Source: Opitutaceae bacterium
GTDB lineage: Bacteria; Verrucomicrobiota; Verrucomicrobiia; Opitutales; Opitutaceae
NCBI GenBank assembly: GCA_050297195.1
Contig: JBNKSG010000001.1
Coordinates: 1-55,349 of the forward strand
Direction: 5' to 3'
Length of the DNA: 55,349 nt
This document shows, piece after piece, positions 38,301-47,577 of this stretch; within the stretch, counting starts at the first letter, position 1; each line of letters opens with the position of its first letter. The translations under genes were made by a program, and so were the position numbers. Under the pieces are notes generated by a model. It ran no database searches, was not told the origin of the DNA, and worked only from the letters and a program-made list of their open reading frames with translations.

Positions 38301-41300
38301 CCCCGGCAACTCGTGCACGGTTGCGGAGGTGGCTAGAATAGTCGACAGTTGGTTGCCGTCGAGCGGGCACTTGCCCACAGCTCCAGCCGAGAAGATCGAG
38401 ACCACCTCCGCTTGCGTCAGCGGACGGTCGTAGAGGCTCAGCTCGTCGAGCCCGCCCTCGTAGTACGGAAGCTCCCCGAACGGGCGCCCCCCTATCCAGA
38501 GGTCGCCGGAGGTGTCAACAGCCTTGGATCCCACGTCATGCACGATTCCCAGGACACCGTCGATGTACAGGCGAAGTTCTCCTGAGGGACGGTCGTAGAC
38601 TGCCGCCACGTGCTTCCAGCCAGAGGTCGTACCGAGGCCGGAGGCGCTGTTGCGCACGTCCTCCAATCCCGACGAGCGGAAGTCCACCTCGAAGCGGCTG
38701 TAGTTCGCGTGCGAGATCAGGCGAAGGCCGACGGCGTCACCGTCCACCCACTCGAGGACGCTCTGGCGCCAGGGGACGTCCGGATCGAGCCACAGCTCGA
38801 TTGAGAAGCCCGCCGCGCTCGAGCCGATATCCAACGAAGGACGAGACGGCGTATGAATCGCGGTCTGATAGCTTCCTAATGAAAATGCCCTACCAACAAC
38901 ACCATCTCTGAAACCAGCTTCAGGCGCCCTACTCTCCTCATAGCTCACTTGATCAAGCAACTCGTCATCCGCTCTCCACCAGCCGGCAATGCCATCTGGA
39001 ACAGGCACCTCACAAGTCGAACCGAGCCTTACCTCAACATCATGACTGGCTGAACGCTCACCATCGAATGCCGTCAGTCTTAAAGTATAGATGCCTGACT
39101 CAGTGAAAGATAACGTCGGATTCAATAATTGCGGATCGTCGAGGGATAAGCCGACCGGATTTCCAAGGACTTCCCAACTCGTTTCAAGATAGTCGCCTAA
39201 AGGAAGACCATCATCGGAAGCAGTTCCTTCCAATACAATGATTCCAGTGTTTTCAGATGATAAATACGAGTCCCCGGCATAGACGACAGGAGCTTCGTTC
39301 GTGCTTGGAGGGCACTTGCCAAAGTCACCGGAATCGAAAATCTGCCAGACTTCGTCGCCTCTCAATGCGCGACAGTACAACGTCAGTTCATCAATACGCC
39401 CGTCGAACGCGTTACCACCGTTCGCGTCCGCGCCCACGTGCACGTCGGTTCTAGTCTCAGCATCGTAAACGGCAAATTGCTGTTCCACACGGGGTACACC
39501 ATTGATGTATATCGCGGCTTCACCAGTCACGCGACTCCAAGTGGTTGTAACATGAGTCCAGACATTGGCCGAAAGAACATTGTCCACTTCGATCGAATGA
39601 CTTTCGCCCGATCTTCCCGGGACGTCGAATCGGATTCCGTCGTTGCTGAATACAGAGACGCTAGCCCCTTTCCCCGAATCGTCGGAAAACTCGACTACAG
39701 TCGAATCACGCAGCAAATCCGGACGTATCCAGAATTCCCATGTAATACCGAGCTTATCGCCTACATCAAGAGCAGGTGACGCGAACACTTTCATGCGATC
39801 ATCAACCCCGTCGAAGTCGAACGCTGCAGCGACCTTTCCTTCCGCGAATCCCATTCCACCTTCAAGAAAGCCAACGTTCGCCGAAACGTGGTCTATTCCA
39901 TCGCAGTTCGCCTGCCACCATGAAACAAGACCCTCGGTAATATCGACGCTACAAGGCGTGTCGACGCGCACTTCTAGCGTATCGCTCGATGTGTATTCTC
40001 CATCTGTCGCCGTAACTTCCATCAGGTAAATCCCAGCAGCATCGAAATCCAAAGTCGGTGTCGCCGTATCACCTTCAGTGATACCGACGTTTCCGGGACC
40101 AAACTTTTTAGTCCACGCGATGTCGACCGTAGCATTCAAAGGCAATCCGTCATCACGAACGACTCCCTGTATTACGACCGGTTCAAATGCCTCGCCTACA
40201 AAGGCAGTCCCACCTGCATCAACCCACGGGGCTTTATTATACGGCACCAGATGAACGCTAACATCGGCCGTACGCTCTTCCCCCTCGTAGGTTGCCGTCA
40301 GTCTAAACGTATAGTCTCCATCGATGCTGAACGTAACATTGGGACGAAGAGCTGAGGAATCGTCAAAAGTCACCACACCCGACCCCGTCAACTTCTCCCA
40401 ATGATAGATTGGTTCAATAGAAATAGGATGCGCTGACTTGCAAAGAGCTCCCTTTAGCTGAATTGGATCCGGCCAAAGAGCGTCGATGTTCTCACCTGCC
40501 GATACCGTCCAGAATTCGTCCGGAACAGGAGCGTCGTATCCACTCGTCCCTACCGTCAGATCGTAGAGAACAGGCTTCTCACCTGTTTCCGCAGGTACGA
40601 ATACCGCTTCAATTTCAAGGTAACGGCCTTTTACGTCAGGCGCATTATCGATAAAGTCGATCTCCGTCCATTCTCCGCCCACGGAAGGACTGTCACCGGC
40701 TCTAGCGCGGAATACGATGTCTGCATCATTGCACAAGAAAGCGTTCCAAACGACTTCACCCCAAGTCGCTCCGGGAACTCCGCTGTCATAAGTAGTCCTC
40801 CACAGACCATTTGGATTCGCAAGAACTTCAGACTGGCCAGTAAACGTTCCATAGGTCCAAGGAGTACCACCAATATATGCAGATTGCAGATCGACCTCTC
40901 CGATGGGAGTTGCCCCATCTGCACCAATCTCTCCGGCAAGGGGGTTGATTCGCTGAATCAAACCAGGAGTGCCACTCACCCAAATGTAGCCTTTTCGGTC
41001 TACAGATACCTCAGTCGGGCCATGGTTAGCGACCTGAACGTTTCCTACAAAGGTACCGTCCGGTAACAGATGGCCAACGGTTTTGCCGCAATGGGAATGA
41101 GCGATCCAAACATGATCGTCCGGACCAATCGCAATGCCTTGAGCCCATCGATCGCCATGAGGAAATTCTCCGAGCAGTTCTCCTTCGGGAGAATACTTGT
41201 GGACGACGTAGTCCCAGTCTTTGGTAACCCATAGGTTCCCTTGGCTATCCTTCGCGATCCCCCACGCATTGCTTCGAATATCAAGCCACTCAGGGTCCTG

Positions 41301-44300
41301 CACAAGCGGGTCTTGCGTTAGATCCCACACGAGGAAGTCTGATCCGCCTGAGTACAGCACATCATCTTCGACAATACCGCCGAAGCCTCCACGCTGAGGG
41401 TTCGCAGCCTCAGTCAATAGTTCTCCAGAGTAGCCATCATACTTCTGCCAAGGGCCGGAACTGCCGCCAACCCAGACATTGTTCTCCGCATCGATGGAAA
41501 GATGCCTCAGACCCCGAACGTCCGTTTCGATATACGCAACGATCAACTCGTCCTCTGCAAATAGCGCGCTGGGCTCTTCCCCGTCCGGAATTTCCCACGC
41601 GAAGACATCGTCTATTCCCATAGACGTATCTAACTTCCCATTACCGTTTCTATCAGTCCACAGGCTACTTTCAGGAGGAAGTATCTTAATGATGCTGTTG
41701 TTCTGATAATTCGCGACCCAAGCAGCGCCATCAGAGTCTACCATCACGCGCGATGGATACTTCGTCCCGCTGTACGGCGTCGCATTGTATTCACCCACGA
41801 TGCGAGCGGTTTCCGTTTCCATTCTCTGAATGGAGCCCTTCGTGTAATTCGGGATCCATAGATAATCGAAACTAACGAGCTCAGACTCTGTAGTGAGCTG
41901 GGTGGAATCTTCCGTAGTGAGAGCGAATAAGCTGCCTTCCTCGAAATCAGTTTTTTCAGTGTAGGTTCTCGAACGCGGATCCGCTTCAACCTCTACCCAC
42001 ACTTTCACGGAATCGGAATCGTCTTCGCCGTCATTTACGATGAAAGTAAACGAGTCGTACCCGAAGAAACCTGGTTCTGGAGCATAGGTTACGGATACTT
42101 CCGCTGCTGTTCCAAATGACGAGAAATCGACAGAACTCAGTTGTCCGTTGCTAGGCGGGCTGATTAGTTGGAAACCGAATACGGAAGACTCGACGTCAGA
42201 GCCTCGAAGAGCGATGGCAATCGGAGTATTTTCACCTCCTTTTACATCTGCAGGAATCGCTGTCGGTAAATCATTTATGGATACTACATTAATCGAAACG
42301 ACAGCTTCCGCCGAAGACATATCACCGTTGCTAACCGTAAACGAAAATTGATCCGCTCCAAAGTAGTTCTCTTCTGGAGTGTAGATCAAGTTTGGCGCCT
42401 CACCTCCCAAGGTACCATTCGCTGGAGCAGAGGTAACGCTGAATGCCAAGGTTCCATTTTGAGGATAATCTCCAGTCAGCGTAATAGCAACAGATGAATC
42501 CTCATCAACTCCTACGTTCTGAGGATAAGCAGTTGGTCCTGTAAGCGTTAACGTTACGCTTACGGTGGCCTCGTTCGAGTCCAGCGAACCGTCGTTCACA
42601 ACAAAACTGAAACTATCCGCTCCAGACTCGCCGGCGTTCGGCGAATAGGTAAAATTGACTCCATCAAAGATGACGGAGCCTTTACTTGGCTCCGTAGCCC
42701 CTAAAGACGCGCTCAAGGAGGTAGAATCAACATCGCTAACAGAGACTGCGCCACTTACTATAGCTCCATCCGTGCTGCTTATCGCCGAATCAAACGCCAC
42801 CGGAGCATCATTTATCGGATTAATAGTGATATTTATAACCGATGCATCGGAGGTCGAAGTGCCATCGGACGCCGTAAATGTAAAGCTGTCTGATCCACTG
42901 TAGTTGTCGTTCGGAGTATAGTTGAAGCTGCCGTCCGAACTGACGGACGCTGTCCCGTTGCTCGACGACGCATCTAGCGCGAACGTCAACGTATCCCCTT
43001 CCGCGTCCGTCGCGGCGAGCACTCCAACCAACGGCGTATCTTCATCCGTTTCGAATCCATTGCTCAAAGCAACAGGCGCATCGTTTATCGGATTGACGGT
43101 TAAGCTAACTTCGAAGATCGCAAAGGACAGAGAAGGGTCAGCAACCCTGACTTGGAAAAGATCACTCCCATCGAAGTCTGTATTCGGAGTATACTCGAAG
43201 TTTCCATCCGCATTTACCGAAACCACTCCGTTCGATGCGTCTGTCTCCAAACTAAAGATTAAGGCATCGCCATCTAAGTCGCTTGCAAGAAGCTGTCCTA
43301 TCAAGGTTGTGTCTTCATCTAAGCTGAAATCTTGATCGTTTCCAGTGGGAGCGTCATTGATCGGGTTAACCGTAAGACTAACCGCGGCATAGGCCGATGT
43401 TAGAACCCCATCTGAGACTGTAAATGTAAAGGAGTCTGAACCATGATAATTAGCATCTGGGAGATAGCTGAATTCGCCATTCGGCTCTACGTTAATGGAT
43501 CCATGGCTAGGCGATGCGCCGATCGAAAAATTTAGACTGTCACCGTCGATATCGCTTCCAGAAAGACTCCCGTTCAGAGCGACGTCTTCATCCGTCGAGA
43601 AACTGGTTGGATCCGCAGTTGGAGCATCATTGACAGGCGCGACTGTCAGGCTGACAGCCACAACAACAAATGCTCCCGAGGGATCTTCTACCCGAACACC
43701 AAAAACATCCAAATCGTCGAAATTCGCGTCAGGAGTATAATCAAATAACCCGTTCGGGCTCATCGATACATTTCCGTTCGTAGACGGTGTCTCGATACTA
43801 AAGGTCAGAGCATCTCCATCGACATCGCCCGCAACGATTTGTCCACTAAGGCTAGTATCCTCATCCAGTTCAAATGCCTGATCAGCCGCTATTGGGAGGT
43901 CGTTCACTGGCCGGATAGTAAGATCAACTGTGGAAGCCACAGAGGTTGCGACACCATCCGAAACGCTAAAAGCAACACTGTCTGTTCCAAAATAGTCGCT
44001 ATCAGGAGTGTACGAGAAGGATCCGTCTACATTGATGGATACAGTACCGTTGATCGCGTCTGTAACTAGAGCAAAACTCAGAGCAGTCCCTTCAACGTCA
44101 GATCCAGTAAGATTGCCAGCGAGGTCAGTATCCTCATCAAACTCAAAATTATCAGGATTGGCTACAGGAGTGTCGTTTACTGAAATAACGTTGAAATCGA
44201 ATCGCACGATTTCCGAGTATTCACTACCGTCATACGCTCGGAATTCGATGAAATCGACTCCGAAAAAGTCCAGCTCTGGCGTGTATTCAACCGTTGGCAG

Positions 44301-47018
44301 CGCGCCTGACAACGTCCCAAAGCTTGGTTGAGACACGACCTCAAACGAAAGGTCGTCACCGTCGACATCTTCGCCAACGAGTAGCACGGACGCAAATGCG
44401 TCTTCAAACAAATCAACGCTGCCAGCTTCAACCGTTGGAGCATCGTTGACCGGTATCACCGAGACAGAGACTTCAGAGGCTGTCGATACGGAGGCACCAT
44501 CAGAGACCGTGAAAGTGAAAATGTCTGAGCCGAAGAAGTCGGGGTTAGGCAGATAAGTAAACGATCCATCCGGGTTTACGGATACGACTCCATCGTCGGC
44601 TGCCTCGGAGAGATTGAAAGTTAAGACATCCCCATCGATGTCACTCCCAGTCAAAACACCAGAAAGAAGCTCGTCTTCAGATGTACTCAAATTAGCAGGA
44701 TCCGCTGATGGCACGTCATTGACGGAGGCAATAGCGATTTCCACATCTGCGATTTGCGAGTCCAGCTCCCCGTCATTCACGATGAACGAGAAGCTATCCC
44801 CCTCTGGATTCGAATAATTCAGGTTAGGCGTATAGACCAAATCGGGTGCAATTCCGCTCAGACTGCCATGAGCAGGCGGATTTGTGATCACGAAGCTAAG
44901 CGGGTCACCTTCTACATCCGTTCCTACCAGAGTAACCGCCACCGGAACATCTTCCGTGGCATTTACGGTGTCGGATACTGCAACAGGAGAATCATTAACC
45001 GGCGATACGACAACAGTGAACGTTTCAGGATCCGACTGAAGCTCCCCATCCGAAACCGCGAAGGCAAACGTATCGTTTCCAAAGTAGTCAAGATCGGGAG
45101 TGTATTCAAAATTCCCGTTACCGGCGATCGACACAGAACCGTTCTCAGGGTTGGTCACGAGAACAAACGAGAGACTGTCCTCATCGACATCACTTCCATC
45201 AAGCTCTCCAGCCAAAACACCGTCTTCCAAGACAGACCCCGAATCGCCCACCGCAACAGGTTGGTCATTGACAGCCTGGACGTCGATCAACACGGAAACT
45301 TCGTCAGAGTACTCCGCTCCATCGAATACACGGTAGCTGAAGCTATCTACGCCAAACCAGTTCAGGTCCGGCGTGTATTCGTAATCCGGAGATGTCACTG
45401 GATCTTGCGGGAGCTTCAACTGCAGAGATCCGTTGGACGGCGGACCTGCGATTTCGAACACCAGCTGATTCCCTTCAGCATCGCTACCCTCTAGAGTCAC
45501 GTCCAAGACGTTATCCTCTAGCATATCAAACTCAAGCGGCACCGCTCCCGGAGCGTCGTTAACTGGAGTGACGCTGATTGTCACCGTAGCGGGCTCGGAA
45601 GTCGCCTCCCCGTCGGAAACCGTGTAGGAAAACGAGTCATCCAACTCAGAATCCTGATTCGGGACATAGCGAACCCTTGGCAAGGCAGTCAGGTCCAAAA
45701 CGCCATAGCTTGGTCCTTCAGCGATCGCAAAAACCAGATCTGCCGACTCCACGTCTTGTCCGCTTAGCCGTATCTCTACGGGAGCATCCTCCAAGGTGGT
45801 CACATCAAGCGAGTTTGCGGTAGGGATGTCATTCACCGACTCCACCAGGATAGAAATAACTGCGATGTTAGACTCTTCCTGCCCATCGTTTACCGAAAAA
45901 GTGAACGCGTCAGATCCAAAGTAGTCCGCATCCGGAGTGTATGTCAGATTCGGAGCAACACCGCTCAACGAACCGTTGGCAGGCGAGGCCAAGATGCTGA
46001 ACGAGAGAGTGTCGCCATCCAAGTCGCTGCCACCTAGTACGATACCGACAGATTGATCCTCTTGCGTATCCACCGAATCGCTACTCGCGATGGGAGGCGT
46101 ATTTTCATCCGGAACGAGGCTCAGGTTGCCGACGATGACCCCGCTCCCGTTGAGGTTCAGTCGATCCGCTTCCAGCGCCCCTTCGAGCCTTGCGTTCGAG
46201 TTGATGTTTACATGCCCTTCCGGGGCCTTTAGCACACCGTAAAATCTGCCTCCGTTATTCAGATTCACGCCGCCTACTGACACATTCATCAGCAACCACT
46301 CGGGATGGCTCTGATTTCCGATCGAGCCGCCTGTGGAGAAGCCGTTGCCCAAATCGACTACGACTTTGCCAACAAGAGTAATCTTCGAGCTTCCGTTTAG
46401 ATGTATACGATCGAACGAGTAAACAGCAGGCTCGCTTGAGCCTTCAATCCCAAGAACAATCTCTGAGCCATTACTTGCATTAAAATTACCATAGGCTCCC
46501 GGAGGAACATGGACGCTCATGCCCGCAGAATTGATGTTCAAATTCTTGATAGTCGCAAAGTCGCCAGTGTCGTCAGCAGGCGAATTTAGGTTTACATGAC
46601 GATGGCCCGTAGGTCCGATAGGAGAAACCGCTGGGCTCAGAGGGCTAGGGTCGGTGCGCGTAGCGATCGTATCCACATACGAACTACCATTAACATGAAT
46701 CTTATAATCGGAGGGACTAGGGTTCCCGATCCCTTCTAGGATCTCGCCCACGTAACCGTTTCCGTTAACCCGTACGCTCGGCGAACCAGGGGCGCTCAGA
46801 GAACCTATGATTTCGGCGCCGCTGTTCAGGTTTAGAGAACCGCCTTCATTGAATTGAATATCGCCTTCTATCCGGCCACTGATACTTGGAGCGTGCTGAA
46901 CCAAGACTGATGCATCCGTTTGCGATGCGTTAACTCGAGCGGCGAAGCAGGAGATTGCAAGAGAGACAGCGACAAGCAGTCGCACGCCGTACCGATGGAC
47001 GGTATTTCGTGGATTCAT
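32346..47018 (-). CDS. Giant adhesin-RHS polymorphic toxin (~4890 aa): signal peptide, Asn/Gly beta-helix, 15 Big_9/tandem-95 Ig repeats, beta-propeller, PKD-like and 2 LamG domains, RHS core, permuted papain-like tip
   Basis: Start set at MNPRNTVHRYGVRLLVAVSLAISCFAARVNA (the ORF is open to 47099). (V/I)NDxP repeats. LamG motifs WTHVTTTW/WKHVAAVY..DEL.LY.R.L. Core YTGEQYDADLGMYFLRARY...NNPVVRIDPSG. Tip H...YSLNGNSCHDWA. Confidence 0.93.
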   Translation of the reverse strand: MNPRNTVHRYGVRLLVAVSLAISCFAARVNASQTDASVLVQHAPSISGRIEGDIQFNEGGSLNLNSGAEIIGSLSAPGSPSVRVNGNGYVGEILEGIGNPSPSDYKIHVNGSSYVDTIATRTDPSPLSPAVSPIGPTGHRHVNLNSPADDTGDFATIKNLNINSAGMSVHVPPGAYGNFNASNGSEIVLGIEGSSEPAVYSFDRIHLNGSSKITLVGKVVVDLGNGFSTGGSIGNQSHPEWLLMNVSVGGVNLNNGGRFYGVLKAPEGHVNINSNARLEGALEADRLNLNGSGVIVGNLSLVPDENTPPIASSDSVDTQEDQSVGIVLGGSDLDGDTLSFSILASPANGSLSGVAPNLTYTPDADYFGSDAFTFSVNDGQEESNIAVISILVESVNDIPTANSLDVTTLEDAPVEIRLSGQDVESADLVFAIAEGPSYGVLDLTALPRVRYVPNQDSELDDSFSYTVSDGEATSEPATVTISVTPVNDAPGAVPLEFDMLEDNVLDVTLEGSDAEGNQLVFEIAGPPSNGSLQLKLPQDPVTSPDYEYTPDLNWFGVDSFSYRVFDGAEYSDEVSVLIDVQAVNDQPVAVGDSGSVLEDGVLAGELDGSDVDEDSLSFVLVTNPENGSVSIAGNGNFEYTPDLDYFGNDTFAFAVSDGELQSDPETFTVVVSPVNDSPVAVSDTVNATEDVPVAVTLVGTDVEGDPLSFVITNPPAHGSLSGIAPDLVYTPNLNYSNPEGDSFSFIVNDGELDSQIADVEIAIASVNDVPSADPANLSTSEDELLSGVLTGSDIDGDVLTFNLSEAADDGVVSVNPDGSFTYLPNPDFFGSDIFTFTVSDGASVSTASEVSVSVIPVNDAPTVEAGSVDLFEDAFASVLLVGEDVDGDDLSFEVVSQPSFGTLSGALPTVEYTPELDFFGVDFIEFRAYDGSEYSEIVRFDFNVISVNDTPVANPDNFEFDEDTDLAGNLTGSDVEGTALSFALVTDAINGTVSINVDGSFSYTPDSDYFGTDSVAFSVSDGVATSVASTVDLTIRPVNDLPIAADQAFELDEDTSLSGQIVAGDVDGDALTFSIETPSTNGNVSMSPNGLFDYTPDANFDDLDVFGVRVEDPSGAFVVVAVSLTVAPVNDAPTADPTSFSTDEDVALNGSLSGSDIDGDSLNFSIGASPSHGSINVEPNGEFSYLPDANYHGSDSFTFTVSDGVLTSAYAAVSLTVNPINDAPTGNDQDFSLDEDTTLIGQLLASDLDGDALIFSLETDASNGVVSVNADGNFEYTPNTDFDGSDLFQVRVADPSLSFAIFEVSLTVNPINDAPVALSNGFETDEDTPLVGVLAATDAEGDTLTFALDASSSNGTASVSSDGSFNYTPNDNYSGSDSFTFTASDGTSTSDASVINITINPINDAPVAFDSAISSTDGAIVSGAVSVSDVDSTSLSASLGATEPSKGSVIFDGVNFTYSPNAGESGADSFSFVVNDGSLDSNEATVSVTLTLTGPTAYPQNVGVDEDSSVAITLTGDYPQNGTLAFSVTSAPANGTLGGEAPNLIYTPEENYFGADQFSFTVSNGDMSSAEAVVSINVVSINDLPTAIPADVKGGENTPIAIALRGSDVESSVFGFQLISPPSNGQLSSVDFSSFGTAAEVSVTYAPEPGFFGYDSFTFIVNDGEDDSDSVKVWVEVEADPRSRTYTEKTDFEEGSLFALTTEDSTQLTTESELVSFDYLWIPNYTKGSIQRMETETARIVGEYNATPYSGTKYPSRVMVDSDGAAWVANYQNNSIIKILPPESSLWTDRNGNGKLDTSMGIDDVFAWEIPDGEEPSALFAEDELIVAYIETDVRGLRHLSIDAENNVWVGGSSGPWQKYDGYSGELLTEAANPQRGGFGGIVEDDVLYSGGSDFLVWDLTQDPLVQDPEWLDIRSNAWGIAKDSQGNLWVTKDWDYVVHKYSPEGELLGEFPHGDRWAQGIAIGPDDHVWIAHSHCGKTVGHLLPDGTFVGNVQVANHGPTEVSVDRKGYIWVSGTPGLIQRINPLAGEIGADGATPIGEVDLQSAYIGGTPWTYGTFTGQSEVLANPNGLWRTTYDSGVPGATWGEVVWNAFLCNDADIVFRARAGDSPSVGGEWTEIDFIDNAPDVKGRYLEIEAVFVPAETGEKPVLYDLTVGTSGYDAPVPDEFWTVSAGENIDALWPDPIQLKGALCKSAHPISIEPIYHWEKLTGSGVVTFDDSSALRPNVTFSIDGDYTFRLTATYEGEERTADVSVHLVPYNKAPWVDAGGTAFVGEAFEPVVIQGVVRDDGLPLNATVDIAWTKKFGPGNVGITEGDTATPTLDFDAAGIYLMEVTATDGEYTSSDTLEVRVDTPCSVDITEGLVSWWQANCDGIDHVSANVGFLEGGMGFAEGKVAAAFDFDGVDDRMKVFASPALDVGDKLGITWEFWIRPDLLRDSTVVEFSDDSGKGASVSVFSNDGIRFDVPGRSGESHSIEVDNVLSANVWTHVTTTWSRVTGEAAIYINGVPRVEQQFAVYDAETRTDVHVGADANGGNAFDGRIDELTLYCRALRGDEVWQIFDSGDFGKCPPSTNEAPVVYAGDSYLSSENTGIIVLEGTASDDGLPLGDYLETSWEVLGNPVGLSLDDPQLLNPTLSFTESGIYTLRLTAFDGERSASHDVEVRLGSTCEVPVPDGIAGWWRADDELLDQVSYEESRAPEAGFRDGVVGRAFSLGSYQTAIHTPSRPSLDIGSSAAGFSIELWLDPDVPWRQSVLEWVDGDAVGLRLISHANYSRFEVDFRSSGLEDVRNSASGLGTTSGWKHVAAVYDRPSGELRLYIDGVLGIVHDVGSKAVDTSGDLWIGGRPFGELPYYEGGLDELSLYDRPLTQAEVVSIFSAGAVGKCPLDGNQLSTILATSATVHELPGPAMPISAIVTDATVPSGILSVDWALVSGPNSVSFGQSHFENPIDGIVDTDVIFPESGVYVLEVTASDGELSVSKRIEIFVTDRVNLAPNVDAGLNQTITQPENLVQLAGFATDDGVGSSELSYSWSSSDPGKVSFEDSTALDAVATIDSIGEYVLTLEASDGDKSSTDTLIVNVLEKPNEAPSATIVAVTGPDLSLPITLSATVTDDGFPLDGNLTAEWRVVSGPGTVSFSNPSESFGPLDKNSVSHAIETQATVEHEGVYVIGLSLSDGSSLKLVKETVEVFVDPVVKLTSPVDGNVYLPNATIPLWANAYSSGQPVDSLEFFIDGASVGFAERFPNTLTHSLDIEATTLGSINMDFEVYAVATDARGRSVQSETRTIFVIEENPALPVASIEYPTDSEDVKGPVSITGTAQSSILVNYVLDYRLSNDGSWTRLSSSADTVPATGELGTLDPSMLLNGIYEMRLVVTDLLGRTATDSVLFVIDSQLKIGNLSLAFEDLSIPVSGIPMQVVRSYDSRDASLGDFGNGWQMALSNMRIQKNRPVGRNWMATQEAVSVPFFGDTIRYRVESSRNNLVLLRLPDDSVAVFKAVASPAYKDHTPLRDPKIAFEPLGDTLGSLEIVGDDEVWINSFSGETDLESEAFAFDVFDPKRFKYTTEEGQEFVIDEELGLLSMTDRNGNTLTISDDGVTHSSGLGIAFTRDAEGRITAITDPEDQTLSYAYDAQGRLETFTNRASETFTYLYENPDFPNYLTDIVDPDGKSVLASEFDADGRLASQTDANGESFDFIHDIENFKETVVDRLGVTTVHTYDIEGDVTLTEVFDTEGVLVQSTAYEYDTRGNETKVTDSLGNVTERSYDGSDNLLSETKTVSVDGIPTVSTTAYTYDSANNPLTITDALGNATTFVYDASGNLESQTDALENVTQFSYDASGNLESITDPLGNQTVFTTSLEGYQTSSAVFDADGVLVQYQSFEYNSLGRQLRSKDYDLPEGATEPTQAVLYRYTDIGYDGEGRQTSTVVYDANDVLLTSSSTDYDSRGQVSRQTDALGRYVEFGYDGNGNRTQSAQYDENDALLSSESWTYDAEGRQATYSDVLGRLMKYDYAALGRQISVRFIGLVDENGEDLDPSDNTETHTIYDSIGRVEATVDERGKVTLYEYDENCGCSGRRAKVIDPLLNETVSSYDLNGNQTSVLDANGHLTLFEYDELNRPTRTTFHNGTYTETVYDALGRRIAAIDQNGLRTDYVYDALGRLVEVQQPAPADGDPRPVTHYEYDSRGNQISQIDAEGRETTYEYDELGRRVKRILPELQEETYQYDMLGNLIAKTDFNGYTTVFEYDEQNRLVKETADPTHPSLTHYNAPSWIERGYDVAGNLLSSAVVNGQSHGEQTLYSETRAYDERSRITTRSTPEGTLSYAYDASGNLESTTSSNADGVQNAYAYDDLNRLESVDDGRLLSSLSITSYGYDDVGNLDTVEYGNGFLHDYSYDTINRLANLVVERSDTGVAQSYAYTLGEAGNRKSVVEASGRASHYVYDDLYRLTKETILGAASGVNGVVDYGYDQVGNRTSRSSTLSGVGGQSFTYDDNDRLDGDTYDANGNTLSSVDAREGISDTVTDVYDFRNRLIRRIREDGQVITLTYDADGNRVGKQLLDVSQSVLRSTSYLVDLNNQTGYAQVVEERLNEGTGYSLAARYTYGHDLISQTRDAGTSWYLYDGHGSVRALVDETETVTDEYEYDAFGILLSSSGATENGYLYTGEQYDADLGMYFLRARYLNAGTGRFHNMDTYEGRNGEPLTLHKYLYAHNNPVVRIDPSGNVSLIELQASSKIRAQQNQMAVPRIKQVTKRLFPKYWKIYKYKKPFNVKNPLGGLTYRSHSTIKAKSKRGQIWKYEKSAPLNPYLSSLFEGTGFENLSGFVTRKRDYSASGLPFALLTKKQFRVWNFSVLGGQFATFASGEIKQPCSYSLNGNSCHDWAEQAARMALLISVIPL
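41990..46110 (-). repeat. Array of 15 ~90-95-aa cadherin-like (Big_9) repeats inside the giant RHS gene
   Basis: Counted NDxP/ED..DxDGD..YTP..GxDxF..V.DG units in the translation. Boundaries approximate. Confidence 0.8.
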
Positions 47019-47365
47019 AGAGGGCGAGGATCTTACAGAGTTGGCACTTCGAAAGGAGTAGAAGTGCCGCATGAACAAGGAGACGCTAATCGAAGTCAAG
47101 AACCCAATTACGGTATTTACTTATCCCATTCGATTTATCGCTTAATATTCAGTATTTTCTGCATTCCGCTGAATGCGGCCCAGATTGCTGAGGCAGCGGA
47201 GCTTCCGATCTATTCAAAGATCAATGGAAAGGTACACCAAGCCTGCCAACCATTCCCTTAAAGTAGATCCACCGGACAAAGCCTGCATCTGGCACGTATT
47301 AACCTCGACTGCCTCGAACACTCACGGGGCGCCACCGATAAACAAGTAACCAAAGAAAGGATACA

Positions 47366-47566
47366 ATGAACACTAACGCACGCGATAGCCTAATTTCGAT
47401 CAAGCAGGTTTCCAGACGCTTGGACACCTCCGTGAGGGGAGTATACCGCCTGATCGCTCGTCACGAATTCCCTCCACCGGTGAAAGTGGGAGGTTCCAGC
47501 AAGTTCTACGACAGCGACGTGGACGAGTATCTGAATCGACTCAGGGACAGCAGGAGGACAAGATAA
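47366..47566 (+). CDS. AlpA/excisionase-family HTH protein
   Basis: LISIKQVSRRLDTSVRGVYRLIA..EFPPPVKVGGSSKF..SDVDEY. AAGGA RBS. Confidence 0.85.
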   Translation: MNTNARDSLISIKQVSRRLDTSVRGVYRLIARHEFPPPVKVGGSSKFYDSDVDEYLNRLRDSRRTR

Positions 47567-47577
47567 GCTTCAAAGTC

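Noticed and set aside
41990-46110. Regular repeats considered as a CRISPR-like or DNA tandem array
   Set aside because: The repeats are at the protein level (Ig-like domains) with diverged DNA. No CRISPR array or cas gene seen in the window.
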